From: Terrimicrobiaceae bacterium
Lineage (GTDB): Bacteria > Verrucomicrobiota > Verrucomicrobiia > Chthoniobacterales > Terrimicrobiaceae
Assembly: GCA_044342325.1 (NCBI GenBank)
Contig: JBIIPZ010000037.1
Span: 1 to 29,047, forward strand
Length of the DNA: 29,047 nt
Direction of reading: 5' to 3'
In this document: positions 26,366 through 29,047 of the stretch, in pieces
Position numbering within the stretch: the first letter of the stretch is position 1
How the letters are laid out: each line of letters opens with the position of its first letter
Position numbers and translations under genes: made by a program
The notes under the pieces: generated by a model
Databases searched by the model: none
Told to the model about the DNA's origin: nothing
What the model saw: the letters and a program-made list of their open reading frames with translations, nothing else

Positions 26366-27964
26366 ATGCCTCTAACCCTATCGCTGCAATTCCCTACGGG
26401 GCGTTATGTGGCGGCATCGTGGGGCGACAAAGACGAAGTTGAGTGGCCTCCCCATCCCGCTCGCCTTTGTCTCGCCTTGATTGATGTCCTGCATAAATCG
26501 GGCAACTCCCCAGCTCATCGGGCCGCGTTGCAATGGCTGACCCAACAAAACCCGCCGGAGATCGTCATCCCTATCCCGCAATGTGCAGACGTTCGTATTA
26601 AAGACGAGATTTATGTCCCTCAAAATCCTGCGCAGGCAGAAAGCGTAAAACACGAACCCAAACCACGCTCATTCCCCACCGTCTTCCTTGATGCCGATAT
26701 TCCAACGGTTTTTTTCCATTGGCCTTCCGCCGAGATTCCCCCGGATTTGAGCGAAGATCTGTCGCAACTGGTTTCCAACTTGCCGCGCTTCGGCCATTCA
26801 AGTTCCTTGGTGATCGGGTCACTCTCCGAACAAGCCCCTCCAAACGGCAGTGCTTGGCGGGTGATTTCTCCTGCTAAAAAAGATCATCCTGGCACGCCTG
26901 AGTTTAGACTCAGGGTCGGCTGGGATGGATTGATAAAGTCCGCAGAGGACGCCTTCGATGCGGAGGGCCGTGCCGAGGAAATGGCTCGCCTGATAGCCAC
27001 CGCCAATCGCACAGCAAAGCCCGATAAAACTCTCAAACCTGCGGCGTCGCCACGGGGAAGACATGACCCAAGGCATCGTTGGCAAGGATATGTTGAGGAT
27101 TGCCTTGAAGCGCCCCAGCGCACCCATTGGGACAGCCGTATTCTGGTTTTAACACAAACGGCTGGAGATCGTCTCGGACTTACCTCCACTTGGCAGCTTA
27201 CCGAGATTTTTCACAAAACGCTACTCGACCGCTGGTGCCGCAACCCATCAGCGGGACCATTGCCATCTTGGCTCTCTGGGCATCTGACTGGCGAAGCGGG
27301 AGCGCGCACCGCACCAGCTGACCACACACACCTTGCAGTGTTTCCGTTGGCGTTTGTCGGAACTCCGCATGCGACCGGACACTTGCTGGGGGTCGGTCTT
27401 GCGTTGCCAAAACCCGAACGCATTGGCTTGGATGCAGCAACATTTCGTATCCAGTGGAGACAAGCGCTGGCCGCTCTGTTGGACGAAAAGGGTCAGATTG
27501 AACTTATCCCTCCCGACAAGGCATGGACAGTTTGTCTGGCTATCGAGGAATCGCCCGATCCGCGGCAAGCTTTGCGGGCTGCACGTTGGACACAGGCTTC
27601 CACGATTTGGACGACTGTCACCCCGATCATTCTTGATCGCCACCCGAAGCCGCATTTCAACAAAGACCCAGAGGCATGGCGTGCGAGTTGCAGCTCGATC
27701 ATCGAGACTGCTTGCGAGCGGATTGGCCTACCCAAGCCGTTAGAAATAGATGTCACGCGCCACTCGGGACTGACTGGCGTGCCTTCGGCATCGGGTTTTG
27801 TAGCTCCCGCTTCACGTCCGGGTCGTCCAGGGCGTTTCCATGTCCACGCTTCACTGAAATTTGCCGACCCCGTGGAAGGACCCTTGCTGCTCGGGGCCGG
27901 ACGCTACCGTGGCTACGGACTCTGCCTGCCTATCACCCAAACCTCCCGCAATGATTTTCAATGA
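26366..27964 (+). CDS. csb2: Type I-G CRISPR protein Csb2 (Cas5/Cas6 fusion)
   Basis: GRY.A...EWPPHPARL..AL, AL.WL, GHSSSLV, W.TVTPI.LDRHP and the terminal Gly-rich loop GPLLLGAGRYRGYGLC. Confidence 0.93.
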   Translation: MPLTLSLQFPTGRYVAASWGDKDEVEWPPHPARLCLALIDVLHKSGNSPAHRAALQWLTQQNPPEIVIPIPQCADVRIKDEIYVPQNPAQAESVKHEPKPRSFPTVFLDADIPTVFFHWPSAEIPPDLSEDLSQLVSNLPRFGHSSSLVIGSLSEQAPPNGSAWRVISPAKKDHPGTPEFRLRVGWDGLIKSAEDAFDAEGRAEEMARLIATANRTAKPDKTLKPAASPRGRHDPRHRWQGYVEDCLEAPQRTHWDSRILVLTQTAGDRLGLTSTWQLTEIFHKTLLDRWCRNPSAGPLPSWLSGHLTGEAGARTAPADHTHLAVFPLAFVGTPHATGHLLGVGLALPKPERIGLDAATFRIQWRQALAALLDEKGQIELIPPDKAWTVCLAIEESPDPRQALRAARWTQASTIWTTVTPIILDRHPKPHFNKDPEAWRASCSSIIETACERIGLPKPLEIDVTRHSGLTGVPSASGFVAPASRPGRPGRFHVHASLKFADPVEGPLLLGAGRYRGYGLCLPITQTSRNDFQ

Positions 27965-29047
27965 CTGCCTTTCCTAACTTTAAGACCTTTTTCAGGGCAC
28001 TGTGGAACCACGACCCCTTCCCATGGCAGCAACGATTAGCCGATGTTGTTGAAAGTAGCGGTTGGCCCGGTTGGCTCACGCTTCCCACCGGCACCGGCAA
28101 AACCGCTGCACTTGATGTCGCCATTTACGACCTCGCCCGCCAAGCAGACCGACCAATGGCCGAGCGGACTGCACCGGTCCGCATTGTTTTCGCGGTCAAC
28201 CGGCGCATCGTGGTGGACGAGGCTTATGAGCGGGCCAAACACATTGCCGATCAATTGGCGTTTGCCCTCAGCGACGAACTCACTGTGCTGCATCCCATCG
28301 CGCTGGCCCTGAGCAAACTCTCCGGTATCACTCAAGGATCGCCCTTGGAAACCTATCCGCTGCGTGGAGGGACTTTCACGGACCACTCTTGGGCACGCAC
28401 TCCGACGCAGCCGCTGGTGATCACCACGACACTCGATCAACTCGGGTCGCGTCTGCTTTTCCGAGGTTACGGCGTTTCACCAAACGCCCGCCCGATTCAC
28501 GCTGCTCTGCTGGCGAACGACGCTTTACTGATCCTTGATGAAGCCCACACCGCTAGGGCGTTTTCACAAACCCTTGAAGCTGTCAGCCAGTTGCGAAAGG
28601 AAGCCGATGAGCCAATCCAGTTGCCGTTTGTTGCCGTGCAACTCACCGCGACGCCGCCAGCAGAGGTCGCAGAAACATTTTCACTCGGGGACAATGATTA
28701 CGCTCATCCAATCATCAGCGCCCGTTTGAATGCCAGCAAACCGACGGAGTTGATGGGCGTGGAGGGAGCCAAAGGAGTAGCCCGCCACAAAAAACTGGCC
28801 GATGCGATAACCGGAAAAGCGGTTGCTTGGCTCGAAGGTGGTCAGCGCCGTATTCTCATCGTCGTCAACCGTGTCGCTACGGCTGAAGCCCTATTTTCAT
28901 CGCTCAACGCCCCCAAGGCCAAGAAGGACCACGGCGCTGCGGTGAGACTTCTTACGGGCCGGATGCGTCCCTTGGATCGGCAGGAACTGATCTGTGAACT
29001 CACGACCGTCTATCAATCACAGCCATCCCAGAGAGGAAAAACAGCAA
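27961..29047 (+). CDS. cas3: Type I-G Cas3 helicase/nuclease (3'-truncated by window edge)
   Basis: Own translation from ATG 27961: F..FF.ALW..DPFPWQ.RL, LPTGTGKT (Walker A), VNRRIVVD, LRGG, DQLGSRLLFRGYGVS, DEAH (28537), LTATP, VVNRVATA, LLTGRMRPLDR. No stop before the window end; ATGA overlap with csb2. Confidence 0.95.
   Translation, partial: MTAFPNFKTFFRALWNHDPFPWQQRLADVVESSGWPGWLTLPTGTGKTAALDVAIYDLARQADRPMAERTAPVRIVFAVNRRIVVDEAYERAKHIADQLAFALSDELTVLHPIALALSKLSGITQGSPLETYPLRGGTFTDHSWARTPTQPLVITTTLDQLGSRLLFRGYGVSPNARPIHAALLANDALLILDEAHTARAFSQTLEAVSQLRKEADEPIQLPFVAVQLTATPPAEVAETFSLGDNDYAHPIISARLNASKPTELMGVEGAKGVARHKKLADAITGKAVAWLEGGQRRILIVVNRVATAEALFSSLNAPKAKKDHGAAVRLLTGRMRPLDRQELICELTTVYQSQPSQRGKTA

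Overview
This is a GC-rich bacterial chromosomal window. The gene families, Ala-rich repeat protein and REP-like repeats suggest Verrucomicrobia/PVC, which is an inference. Positions 1-13.7 kb are mostly housekeeping genes (fabD partial, DUF3147-like, PfkB kinase, nadB, panC, secG, trxB, a GT4 glycosyltransferase, rhodanese plus IscU-like, hemW, FKBP). Among them sit an AbiEii-like nucleotidyltransferase with a small partner ORF and a FecR/Ala-repeat protein. Positions 13.7-18.8 kb hold an AraC regulator divergent from a sugar-catabolic operon (SDR, GH88-like hydrolase, TIM-barrel isomerase, Gfo/Idh/MocA). At 18.9-20.0 kb is a non-coding tandem array of four ~271-bp units of nested REP-like hairpins, with an A-B-A-B higher-order structure. 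DUF485 and actP follow at 20.0-22.0 kb. An accessory patch at 22.0-25.1 kb carries repeat debris, several orphan ORFs and a 21-bp VNTR. From 25.2 kb to the end is a type I-G (formerly I-U) CRISPR-Cas operon, csb1(cas7)-csb2(cas5/6)-cas3; cas3 runs off the window and is missing from the ORF track. No CRISPR array, cas8g, cas1/2/4, tRNA, integrase or transposase was recognised in the window.
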